In this document: positions 31,462-40,700 of the stretch, piece after piece
Layout of the letters: every line of letters begins with the position of its first letter
Position numbering within the stretch: the first letter of the stretch is position 1
Origin: an uncultured Clostridia bacterium
GTDB taxonomy: Bacteria; Bacillota; Clostridia; TANB77; CAG-508
Direction: 5' to 3'
Length of the DNA: 64,000 bases
Assembly: GCA_944388795.1 (NCBI GenBank)
Contig: CALXKD010000001.1
Location: 16,084-80,083 of the forward strand
Position numbers and translations under genes: made by a program
Notes under the pieces: model-generated
Database searches by the model: none
Told to the model about the DNA's origin: nothing
What the model saw: only the letters and a program-made list of their open reading frames with translations

Positions 31462-32703
31462 ATGGAAAGAAGAGTTGTTATTACAGGATTAGGAGCATTA
31501 ACTCCAATAGGAAATAATACAAATGACTTTTGGAATGGAATTAAAGAAGGAAAATGTGGAATTGATGAGATTACAAGATTTGATATCTCAAATTTTAAAG
31601 TAAAACTAGCAGCAGAAGTAAAAGACTTTAATGCAGAAGATTATTTTGATAGAAGAGAAGCAAAAAGATTAGATAGATTTTCTCAATATGCAATGGTAGC
31701 AGCTAGAGAAGCTTGGAAAGATAGTGGATTAGATAAAGAAACAGAAAATATGGAAAGAGTAGGAATTATCATTGGTTCTGGAATTGGTGGAATTGGAACA
31801 ACAGAAGAAGAACATGAAAAATATATGACAAAAGGACCAGATAGAGTTTCTCCAATGTATATTCCAATGGGAATTCCTAATATGGCAACAGGAAATGTAG
31901 CAATTGATATTGGTGCAAAAGGAGAATCTATTGCTATGGTAACAGCTTGTGCTTCAGGTACACATAGTATTGGAGAAAGTTTTAGAATGATAAAACATGG
32001 ATATCAAGATGTTGTATTAGCAGGAGGAACAGAAGCAGGAATTACACCACTTGGTATAGCAGGATTTACCAATATTAAAGCATTATCAAAAGCAGAGGAT
32101 AAAACAAGAGCAAGTATTCCATTTGACAAAGAAAGAAGCGGATTCGTTATGGGAGAAGGTGCTGGTGTTATTGTCTTAGAAGAATTAGAACATGCGAAAA
32201 AAAGAGGGGCTAAAATTTATGCAGAAATGGTTGGATATGGTGCAACATCTGATGCATATCATATTACATCACCTGCTCCAGGAGGAGAAGGCGGTGCAAG
32301 AGCTATGAAAATTGCTATGGAGGAAGCACATGTAAATCCAGAAGAAATTACATATATCAATGCACATGGTACATCAACACATTTGAATGATTCATATGAG
32401 ACACAAGCAATCAAAACAGCTTTAGGGGAAGAAAATGCTAGAAAAGTAATGGTAAGTTCAACAAAAGGACATACAGGACATTTATTAGGAGCAGCAGGTG
32501 GCGTGGAAGCCATTGTATGTGCAAAAGCAATTGAAGAGGGATTTGTACCTGCAACAATTAATTATAAAGTTCCTGATGAAGAATGTGATTTAGATGTCGT
32601 TCCAAATGAAGGAAGAAATGTAGAAATAAAATATGCTATTTCTAATTCATTAGGATTTGGAGGACATAATAGTAGTATTTTATTAAAGAAATATGAAGGA
32701 TAA
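31462..32703 (+). CDS. fabF: 3-oxoacyl-ACP synthase II
   Basis: 413 aa. Active-site Cys (TACASG) and His-His (HGTST, GHLLGAAG). Confidence 0.9.
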   Translation: MERRVVITGLGALTPIGNNTNDFWNGIKEGKCGIDEITRFDISNFKVKLAAEVKDFNAEDYFDRREAKRLDRFSQYAMVAAREAWKDSGLDKETENMERVGIIIGSGIGGIGTTEEEHEKYMTKGPDRVSPMYIPMGIPNMATGNVAIDIGAKGESIAMVTACASGTHSIGESFRMIKHGYQDVVLAGGTEAGITPLGIAGFTNIKALSKAEDKTRASIPFDKERSGFVMGEGAGVIVLEELEHAKKRGAKIYAEMVGYGATSDAYHITSPAPGGEGGARAMKIAMEEAHVNPEEITYINAHGTSTHLNDSYETQAIKTALGEENARKVMVSSTKGHTGHLLGAAGGVEAIVCAKAIEEGFVPATINYKVPDEECDLDVVPNEGRNVEIKYAISNSLGFGGHNSSILLKKYEG

Positions 32704-32829
32704 TATTTATAAATGAATAAATATCAGTGTATAGAAAGAAAAAGATACTGATATTTATTCTATTATTGAAAAAGAAGAAATAAAATGTTAAAATACCAGT
32801 AGATATATATTGGTCTAGGAGGTAGAAAT

Positions 32830-33303
32830 ATGGAATATAAAGATATTAAAAAATTAATGGATGACATGGGAAATTCTAAATTAGAGGAATTAGAAATTGA
32901 ATTTCCAGATGGTGTAAAAATTAGTATGAAAAAAAGTGAAAAAAGAGAAGTTATTGTAGAGCCACATGTGATAGAAGCAGGTGCACCAATTTCTGTTCCT
33001 GTTGTAAAACCACAAGAAGAAAAGGGAATTGTTGCTGTAGAAGATAAGGAAAATAAAAAAGAAGAAAACTATAAAGTGATTAAATCACCAATGGTAGGAA
33101 CTTTTTATGCAAGTTCAGCACCAGATAAAGATCCATATGTAAAAGTAGGAGATAAAATCTCAAAAGGGCAAGTTGTATGTATTGTAGAAGCTATGAAATT
33201 AATGAATGAAATTGAATCAGAATTTGATGGCGAAGTTGTAGAAATTTGTGTAAAAAATGAAGATGTTGTAGAATATGGTACACCATTATTTAAAATTAAA
33301 TAA
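32830..33303 (+). CDS. accB: Biotin carboxyl carrier protein of acetyl-CoA carboxylase
   Basis: EAMKLMNEI biotinyl-lysine motif. Confidence 0.9.
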   Translation: MEYKDIKKLMDDMGNSKLEELEIEFPDGVKISMKKSEKREVIVEPHVIEAGAPISVPVVKPQEEKGIVAVEDKENKKEENYKVIKSPMVGTFYASSAPDKDPYVKVGDKISKGQVVCIVEAMKLMNEIESEFDGEVVEICVKNEDVVEYGTPLFKIK

Positions 33304-33339
33304 TGTCCAATTTGGGACGTTTCTGTTTGAGACATTTTT
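33304..33339 (+). repeat. Stop-proximal 36-nt element, copy 2, directly after the accB stop
   Basis: tgtccaatttgggacgtttctgtttgagacattttt. Confidence 0.7.
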
Positions 33340-33391
33340 ATGTAAATCTTGATATGTAAAAATAATGATGAAAAGAAAGGAAAATAAAATG

Positions 33392-33811
33392 TTAAATAAA
33401 GAACAAATTAAAGATATTATACCACAAAGAGAACCATTTTTAATGATTGACGAGGTGGAAGAATATATACCAGGAGAAAGTGCAGTAGCTTACAAAAATG
33501 TTAGTGAAGATGAATACTATTTCAAAGGACATTTTCCTGAAAATCCAATTATGCCAGGTGTCTTAATTGTAGAATCTTTAGCACAAACTGGTGCAGTAGC
33601 CATTCTTTCTATGGAAGAAAATAAAGGAAGAAATGCACTTTTTGGAGGAATTGATAAGTTAAGATTTAAAAGACAAGTAGTTCCTGGAGATAGATTAAAA
33701 TTAGAAGTAAAGATTATCAAGAAAAAAGGTCCTATTGGAATAGGAGAAGCATTAGCAACTGTTGATGGTAAAGTAGCTGTAAAAGGTGAATTAACTTTTG
33801 CGATTGTTTAG
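33392..33811 (+). CDS. fabZ: 3-hydroxyacyl-ACP dehydratase
   Basis: [19 protein letters not shown] hot-dog motif. ORF may start at 33365. Confidence 0.9.
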   Translation, partial: LNKEQIKDIIPQREPFLMIDEVEEYIPGESAVAYKNVSEDEYYFKGHFPENPIMPGVLIVESLAQTGAVAILSMEENKGRNALFGGIDKLRFKRQVVPGDRLKLEVKIIKKKGPIGIGEALATVDGKVAVKGELTFAIV

Positions 33812-33841
33812 ATTATTTTATTTATATTATATAAAAAATGA

Positions 33842-33925
33842 AAAATTTCTTAGAGTGAGATACTCTAAGAAATTTTTTCATAAAAATGATATCAATAGAT
33901 ATCTGTAATGTCAATAGAAAAAGCA
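33842..33925 (+). repeat. Copy C of the terminator/direct-repeat cassette
   Basis: aaatttcttagagtgagatactctaagaaattttttcataaaaatgatatcaatagatatctgtaatgtcaatagaaaaa. Confidence 0.7.
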
Positions 33926-34067
33926 TATTCTCTAAAAATAAAGCAATAAAAATTAATCAAGAGTTTATAAAATAATAACTAGAAAAAATACCTCTATTTC
34001 AACTTTTGTGCATTTTCATAGCTTCTTAGAGTATCTCAATTTAAGAATGTATAGAGGGGGAAAATAG

Positions 34068-35159
34068 ATGAAAACAAAAGAAAACAAAGGAATTACATTA
34101 ATTGCATTAGTAATTACAATTATTGTTTTATTAATTTTAGCGGGAGTAAGTATTGCAACCTTAACGGGAGAAAATGGAATCCTAACAAGAGCAAGTGATG
34201 CAGATGTAGAAACAAGAGCAGCAAGTGTAGAAGAAAGAAAAAATTTATGGAAAACAGAGAAACAAACAGATAATTATGTAGGAGAAAATACAGCACAAAC
34301 ATTAGAAGAGTTATTAGATGATTTAGAAGAAGAAGATTTAATAACAGGAGAAGAAAGAACAAAAATAAAAGAAACAGGACATGTAGTAATCGGAAGTAAA
34401 GATATTTCATTTTCAGATGGATTAACAAAAACAAGTTATACAATAACCAGTAGTTTAGATGATGTAAATTTCAATAAAATTATCACAGAAGGTGATATTG
34501 CAATAGAAAAACCAGGGTTTACAAGTTATGAAATAAAAGGGATATCTGCTAGTAAAGAAGGAGAATATGTAACAAGTGGAAGTGTAGCAGGAAAAAGTGG
34601 AAACTTAGAAATAGTAGGAGATATAAGTAATGCTACATTTAGATATGCATTAACAAATTTCATGCAAGGAGATGAAACCTTTTATTGTAAAGTTAATATA
34701 GATGGAGAAGAACGCTATAAAGAAATAAAGATTATTCAAGGTGATGTTGTAACATATGAAGAAGATTTTGAAGGATTCCAATATACAGGAGATTGGCAAG
34801 AGGATACAAATGAAAATTATAGTAATGGTAAAGCAAAATATGTACAGGTAACAGATAATAGTAACAAACCCACAGCATTAATAAGTAATTGTCTTGGAAG
34901 TAAAATTGATGTTATATCTAGAAGCAATCAAGAAACAACTATGATTTGGGTACGTCAGTATGATGAGAGTATGGTAATTACAAACTTATTTTATATGGAT
35001 TTTTCAGCTACAGAAGAAGATATAAATAATAAGTCAGAGTATCAATCAACATTAAGCACAGAAATCAAAAGTAATACTAAATCAATAGAATTACAGACTA
35101 GACAAAAATCAACAGGAGAAATGATATTTTATTTAGACGCAATAAGAATATATAGATAA
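34068..35159 (+). CDS. Surface protein paralog P3 (prepilin-like N-terminus KGITLIALVITIIVLLILAGVSIA)
   Basis: First ~40 aa nearly identical to P1, P2 and P4. C-terminal domain unrecognised. Confidence 0.55.
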   Translation: MKTKENKGITLIALVITIIVLLILAGVSIATLTGENGILTRASDADVETRAASVEERKNLWKTEKQTDNYVGENTAQTLEELLDDLEEEDLITGEERTKIKETGHVVIGSKDISFSDGLTKTSYTITSSLDDVNFNKIITEGDIAIEKPGFTSYEIKGISASKEGEYVTSGSVAGKSGNLEIVGDISNATFRYALTNFMQGDETFYCKVNIDGEERYKEIKIIQGDVVTYEEDFEGFQYTGDWQEDTNENYSNGKAKYVQVTDNSNKPTALISNCLGSKIDVISRSNQETTMIWVRQYDESMVITNLFYMDFSATEEDINNKSEYQSTLSTEIKSNTKSIELQTRQKSTGEMIFYLDAIRIYR

Positions 35160-35278
35160 TTAAGATGCAATCTTATAAAATTTATAATAAATCAAAAAAA
35201 TCCTTCCAAAAACTTGTAATTTAAAATATTATTGATATAATAGTATATGGACATAAATGAGAGAAAGGGAGGATTTTT

Positions 35279-36421
35279 ATGTTAAAAAAAGTAGCAATAC
35301 TAGCAAATGGTGGAGATGTATCAGGATTTAATGCAGTAATCAGAGCAATTAAAAAAACATGTGAAACAAATGGAATTGAATGTTACGGTTATATTGATGG
35401 ATACAGAGGCCTTGTGAAAAATAATTATGTTAGATTAGATGGAAATGAAATCGCTTCAGGAATCTTACCAAAAGGTGGTTCAATTATTGGTTCTTCAACA
35501 AATGCTATTGTTTTCCATTATAAAGTAGAACATGAAGATGGAACAGTGACATATGAGGACTTATCAGATCAATGTGTGAAAAATGTAAAAGAGGCAGGAT
35601 TTGATTGTGTATTCACATTAGGAGGAGATAGTACACAAAAATCAGCAAGAGACTTATTCTTAAAAGGAATTAATACAATTGGAGTGCCAAAAACAATTGA
35701 CAATGATGTTGCATGTACAGATATTACATTTGGATATAATACAGCTGTTCATGTAGCAACTGAAGCTATTGATAGATTACATACAACTGCAGAAACACAT
35801 GATAGAATCATGGTATTGGAAGTTATGGGAAGATTTGCAGGTTGGATTGCTTTGGAATCAGCTATTTCAGGAGGAGCAGATGTTGCACTAATTCCAGAAA
35901 TACCATATGACATTCATAAAGCAGCAGAAGCAATTAATAAAAGAAAAGAACAAGGAAAGAGATTTAGTGTTGTAGTTGTTTCAGAAGGGGCACATCCAAA
36001 AGATGCAGAACAGACAACTCATTCAGCAGAAGGAATTGATAATAAAGCAGGAATCAGTGTTAAATTTGGTGGTGAAGGAAATAGAGTAGCTAAAGAACTT
36101 CAAGAATTAACAGGACTAGAATCAAGATGTACGATTTTAGGATATATGCAAAGAGGAGGAACACCAACAGCATATGATAGAGTATTATCTACAAAATATG
36201 GTGCAAAAGCAATGGAATTGGCAATGGAAGGGAAATTTGGTGTTTTAACAGTTATCAAAAACGGAAAATTGGACTGTGTACCATTAGAAATTGTTGTAGG
36301 AGAAAACAAAGAGATTGGAGCAGTTCAAGGTGGTACAGCAGAAAGTAATGTAAGATATGTAACGATGGATAACGATTTAGTAAAAACAGCAAGAGATATT
36401 GGAATTTGTTTAGGAGATTAA
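35279..36421 (+). CDS. 6-phosphofructokinase (PFK-A family; ATP- or PPi-dependent)
   Basis: NGGDVSGFNAVIRA, GGDST, PKTIDNDV, MGRFAGW motifs. Confidence 0.75.
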   Translation: MLKKVAILANGGDVSGFNAVIRAIKKTCETNGIECYGYIDGYRGLVKNNYVRLDGNEIASGILPKGGSIIGSSTNAIVFHYKVEHEDGTVTYEDLSDQCVKNVKEAGFDCVFTLGGDSTQKSARDLFLKGINTIGVPKTIDNDVACTDITFGYNTAVHVATEAIDRLHTTAETHDRIMVLEVMGRFAGWIALESAISGGADVALIPEIPYDIHKAAEAINKRKEQGKRFSVVVVSEGAHPKDAEQTTHSAEGIDNKAGISVKFGGEGNRVAKELQELTGLESRCTILGYMQRGGTPTAYDRVLSTKYGAKAMELAMEGKFGVLTVIKNGKLDCVPLEIVVGENKEIGAVQGGTAESNVRYVTMDNDLVKTARDIGICLGD

Positions 36422-36643
36422 ATTGGGGATTTAGGGAACGGATTCAAAATCCCTAAATCATGAAAATTAATAAAAAATGATAGACTTCAAATAATAAACT
36501 ATATAAAGTTATATTATTTGAGGTCTCTTTTTCTTTTTATTACATTTATATTACATTTTAATTCTTTTTATTGAGATAACAAAATATTATTGGTATAATT
36601 TGGGTATAATGTATATGAAAAAATTAATAGATTCAACAAAAGA

Positions 36644-37300
36644 ATGGAGGAAAAAATGGAAAAGAAGCAAAAAATATTCATTATTTCAATTTGTGTTATA
36701 CTAGCAATCATCATAGTAACTCTTATCGTGTATGTCATAACAAGAAATCAAACAGAGAGTGCAAATGAGAATAGATTAGCAAATATGTATGAAAGAATGA
36801 TGGAAAATGAAACATATAGTATAACCCTTCAATTAAATGATAATAATAAATATACAGTTTCAAGACAAGGTGATGTAGCAAATATTGACACATATAGTGA
36901 TGGAAAACATACAACCAATATTATAAAAGATGGTAATACGTATTTATTAATGTATAGTACAAAAAGATATTATACGTATCAAAATAATGTAACAGGGCTT
37001 GGAGAATTAGCAAATGAGCTAAACGAAATTATCCAAAGCCAAGACCCAGAAAAAGGACAAGAAGAAGTAAATGGTAAAAATTATCGCTATGAAGAATATA
37101 AAGGGGTATCAGACTTTTTAATGAATACAGATGAAGAAATTTCAGAGGAAAATACCAATACCAGATTTTATTTTGATGGTAATCGTTTAAAATACATTAG
37201 AACAATTATGGGAGATAAGTCTGAATTAATTAGTGTAGATGTATCTTATGATGTAAATAATAGTGTATTTGAAATACCATCAGATTTTCAAGAAGGATAA
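36644..37300 (+). CDS. Membrane-anchored hypothetical protein
   Basis: N-terminal TM. No family recognised. Confidence 0.35.
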   Translation: MEEKMEKKQKIFIISICVILAIIIVTLIVYVITRNQTESANENRLANMYERMMENETYSITLQLNDNNKYTVSRQGDVANIDTYSDGKHTTNIIKDGNTYLLMYSTKRYYTYQNNVTGLGELANELNEIIQSQDPEKGQEEVNGKNYRYEEYKGVSDFLMNTDEEISEENTNTRFYFDGNRLKYIRTIMGDKSELISVDVSYDVNNSVFEIPSDFQEG

Positions 37301-37357
37301 AAATTAATAAAATATAATTTTTATTAAAAAATAATATGATTAAGGAGGAATTAAAAA

Positions 37358-38521
37358 ATGTCAGTAAAATTTGTTTTAAATGAAACATCATATTTTGGAA
37401 AAGGAGCAAGAGAAGAGCTTGCAGGAGAAATCCAAAAAAGAGGATTTAAAAAAGTATTTTTAGTAAGTGATAAATCTTTAGTAGAGGCTGGAGTAACAGC
37501 CAAAGTTGAGGAAGTATTAAAAAAAGCAAAAGTTCCTTATGATTTATATGATGAAATAAAACCAAATCCAACAATAAAAAATGTAACAGACGGTGTTGAA
37601 GCTTGTAAAAAATCAGAAGCAAATCTAATTGTAGCTGTTGGTGGAGGTTCAAGTATTGATACAGCAAAAGGAATTTCAATCGTTATGACAAACCCAGATA
37701 GAGCAGATATCAAATCTTTAAATGGAGCATCTGACACAGTAAATAGAGGAATGCCTGTTATTGCTTTACCTACAACAGCAGGAACAGCCGCAGAGGTTAC
37801 TATCAATTATGTTATTACAGATGAAGATGCAGAAGTGAAAATGGTATGTGTAGACCCTAACGATATTCCAATATTAGCAATCATTGATTCAGAATTAATG
37901 GCATCAATGCCAAAAAGTTTAGCAGCAGCAACAGGAATGGATGCATTAACACATGCAGTAGAAGGATATATTACAAAAGCACATAATGAAATGTCAGATA
38001 TGTTTCATATGAAGGCTATTAAAATGATATTCAAATATTTACCAGCAGCAGTTAATGAGAAAGATGAAAAAGCTGTTGAAATGATGGGAATGGCACAATA
38101 TATTGCTGGAATGGGATTCTCAAATGTAGGACTTGGAATTGTTCATTCAATGGCACATCAATTAGGAGCCGTATATGATACACCACATGGAATTGCCAAT
38201 GCTATGTTATTACCAACAGTTATGAGATTTAATGGAGAAGATCCAGCAACTGCACAAAGATTTAGAGAAATCTTAATGAATATCGGAAGACCAGATGCAG
38301 AGCATTTAAATGACCAAGATGTTATTAATACATTCGTATGGATGATTTCAGAATTAAGTAAAACAGTAGGAATTAACACAAAAATTACAGATTATGGAGC
38401 AAAAGAAGAAGATTTTGAAATGCTTGCTGAAAAAGCAATGAATGATCCATGTAAACCAGGAAATCCAAGAGAGGTTACAAAGGAAGATTTCATTGAATTA
38501 TATAGAAGAGCAGCACAATAA
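37358..38521 (+). CDS. Iron-containing (group III) alcohol dehydrogenase
   Basis: GGGSSIDTAK, metal-binding His residues (HAVEGY, HSMAHQLG). Confidence 0.85.
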   Translation: MSVKFVLNETSYFGKGAREELAGEIQKRGFKKVFLVSDKSLVEAGVTAKVEEVLKKAKVPYDLYDEIKPNPTIKNVTDGVEACKKSEANLIVAVGGGSSIDTAKGISIVMTNPDRADIKSLNGASDTVNRGMPVIALPTTAGTAAEVTINYVITDEDAEVKMVCVDPNDIPILAIIDSELMASMPKSLAAATGMDALTHAVEGYITKAHNEMSDMFHMKAIKMIFKYLPAAVNEKDEKAVEMMGMAQYIAGMGFSNVGLGIVHSMAHQLGAVYDTPHGIANAMLLPTVMRFNGEDPATAQRFREILMNIGRPDAEHLNDQDVINTFVWMISELSKTVGINTKITDYGAKEEDFEMLAEKAMNDPCKPGNPREVTKEDFIELYRRAAQ

Positions 38522-38537
38522 AATAAATAAACAATTT

Positions 38538-38585
38538 AAAATTTCTTAGAGTACATTACTCTAGGAAATTTTTTACGAAAATGTT
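38538..38585 (+). repeat. Copy D of the cassette (terminator hairpin part only)
   Basis: aaatttcttagagtacattactctaggaaatttttt. Confidence 0.65.
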
Positions 38586-38759
38586 TTTCTTAAAAGGTTA
38601 GTTTATCAGAAGATTCTTGAAAAGACTTTCTAATTTAACTAATATAGAAACTATATTTGTGATTTAAAACAAAATCAATAAAACTCTTTATTTTCAATGT
38701 TTCTAGAAATTTATATTTTCTTATAGTAATGTACAAAAAGAAAATATAAGGAGGAAAAG

Positions 38760-39908
38760 ATGAAAACAAAAGAGTTAAAAAGAAACAAAGGGATTACATT
38801 AATTGCATTGGTTATTACAATCATCGTGTTATTAATTTTAGCAGGAGTAAGTATTGCGACTTTAGTAGGAGATAATGGTATATTGTCACAAGCGGGAAGA
38901 GCAAAAGAACAAACTGAAATTGCAGAAATTAAAGAACAAGCAAAAATAGATATAACTGAAAAACAATCAGAGAAGATGAGTTCTCAAATAACAGAGAAGG
39001 AGTTACAAGAAATATTAGAAAATTACGGAACTTTAGAAGGTAATGGGGATTTATTAGATAAAGTATTAATAACAGAAAATGGTTATGAAATTCCTATAAA
39101 GGAAATTTATGATGGTACATTAACAAGAGAACCAGTTATTTTGAAAATAGGGGACTATGTAAAATATGATGTAACTTATACAGATATATATACAGGAAAT
39201 GAATTTACAAGTGAAACTGGATGGAGAGTATTAGAAACAGGAACCAATAATGGTGATGGAACATATACAGGATTAAAACTAATATCTACAGGAATACCAG
39301 CACAATTATATTATGAGCAACAAACAATAGAAAATAAAGAGTATAATGGAGTATATGGAAACTGGGCAGGAAATGAAAGTCAAAGAAATGCATATGCAGA
39401 TTTATTTTGGTCTTCTTCTAACAATAACAACAATAATAAAAATATGTATGTAGCAGCAGGTTTATATTATAATTTTGCAAAAATAAGATTTAGTAGAGAG
39501 CTTAATCAAGATGAATATCCAAATGATAATGAAGGCTATTATATAAATATAAATGGGCAAACAGAAGGTGAGTTGGAAGAAACAGCCTTTTTAAAAGGTG
39601 GAGCTACAAAGGTATATAATTTAACGTTAGCAGAATTAAATACTGCAAGAGGAGAAAGTGATTTACGTTCAACAAGTACATTAAATGCTGATGATGGAGC
39701 AAAAGGGTTATTCCAGTTAGCAAGTTTAGAAGAATATGGATATAATAATGAAAATATATGGAACTATATACTAGCTTCTCCACATGATTCTAATAACGCT
39801 GTATATGTAGTAAATGATTGGTATGGAATTGACTATGCAAATGGATGTTGTGGTGTTCGTCCTGTTGTAGAATTACCAGATAACTTCCAAGTAGAAAAAA
39901 TAAAATAA
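38760..39908 (+). CDS. Surface protein paralog P4 (prepilin-like N-terminus)
   Basis: MKTKELKRNKGITLIALVITIIVLLILAGVSIATLVGDNGIL. About 85% nt identity to the P3 5' end. Confidence 0.55.
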   Translation: MKTKELKRNKGITLIALVITIIVLLILAGVSIATLVGDNGILSQAGRAKEQTEIAEIKEQAKIDITEKQSEKMSSQITEKELQEILENYGTLEGNGDLLDKVLITENGYEIPIKEIYDGTLTREPVILKIGDYVKYDVTYTDIYTGNEFTSETGWRVLETGTNNGDGTYTGLKLISTGIPAQLYYEQQTIENKEYNGVYGNWAGNESQRNAYADLFWSSSNNNNNNKNMYVAAGLYYNFAKIRFSRELNQDEYPNDNEGYYININGQTEGELEETAFLKGGATKVYNLTLAELNTARGESDLRSTSTLNADDGAKGLFQLASLEEYGYNNENIWNYILASPHDSNNAVYVVNDWYGIDYANGCCGVRPVVELPDNFQVEKIK

Positions 39909-39977
39909 TATTTAATATTTGGATTGCTTATAAAATTGAAAAATTTAAAAGGTTTTGAATTAAAATTCAAAAAACAC

Positions 39978-40006
39978 TTGTAAAATCTAAAAAAATGTGT
40001 AATAAT
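39978..40006 (+). promoter_or_regulatory. Putative promoter of the valS leader (TTGTAA-N17-extended -10)
   Basis: TTGTAA ... TGTGTAATAAT. Confidence 0.4.
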
Positions 40007-40039
40007 ATTGACATAATAGAAAAAGACAATAAAAAAGAG

Positions 40040-40316
40040 GAGTACATTTATACGGATTTTTAGAGAATAGAAGTCATAGGCTGAAAGCTTCTTAAATTAG
40101 GATAAATGGAAGGTAGCTTTTTTGTTGATATTCTGAAATAACAGTAAGAATATCCGTTTAAGCCACGTTATAGGCTAAGGAGATATATAAATATTTGCAT
40201 TATAATATAATAGATTTTCGAAGAAAGAACGAATAGATAAGCAAATTATTATATAAGTAAGGTGGTACCGTGAATATCATTCGCCCTTATGTTTTTATAC
40301 ATAAGGGCTTTTTTGA
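40040..40316 (+). ncRNA. T-box riboswitch leader, probably Val-specific (GUC specifier), ending in an intrinsic terminator
   Basis: T-box consensus AAGGTGGTACCGTG at 40256-40272. Terminator cgcccttatg...cataagggc plus T6 at 40283-40316. Stem I region holds AGAGA and a candidate specifier gaaGUCAuagg. Lies upstream of valS. Confidence 0.65.
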
Positions 40317-40328
40317 TATTTTATTTAA

Positions 40329-40700
40329 ATGGAGGAAATAAAAATGGGAGATGAAGCAGAAAGTAGCAAAAAGAAAAAATTTGTTGAACTATATGGAAAA
40401 TATAAACTAAGTCCCATAGAAGAATTGATTTTTAAACCACTTCAAAGAAATGGACTTAGTAATTTAACAGAAGAAGAGTTTGAAACATATCTGAACTTAG
40501 ATATAGAAGCTTTGAGAAGAACAAAAATGGAAAAAATCGAACAAGAAAAAACAGAAATAAATATGAAAACAGTAGTCATTGCAGAAGAAACACAAAAATT
40601 TTTAATAGAACATAAAGAAGAAATATTAAAAAGAATAAAGTTGAACAGTTTTAAATGTTCTCAATATTCAAAAAAGGAGGAAGATGAATATGCAAAATAA
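40329..40700 (+). CDS. Small hypothetical protein between the T-box and valS; its stop overlaps the valS start
   Basis: 123 aa, charged. No family recognised. Confidence 0.3.
   Translation: MEEIKMGDEAESSKKKKFVELYGKYKLSPIEELIFKPLQRNGLSNLTEEEFETYLNLDIEALRRTKMEKIEQEKTEINMKTVVIAEETQKFLIEHKEEILKRIKLNSFKCSQYSKKEEDEYAK

Noticed and set aside
36425-36460. Hairpin ggggatttagggaacggattcaaaatccctaaatc after pfk as a riboswitch-like element
   Set aside because: It is a simple 10-bp stem after the stop codon, consistent with an ordinary, if U-poor, terminator, and it has no conserved ligand-binding features.
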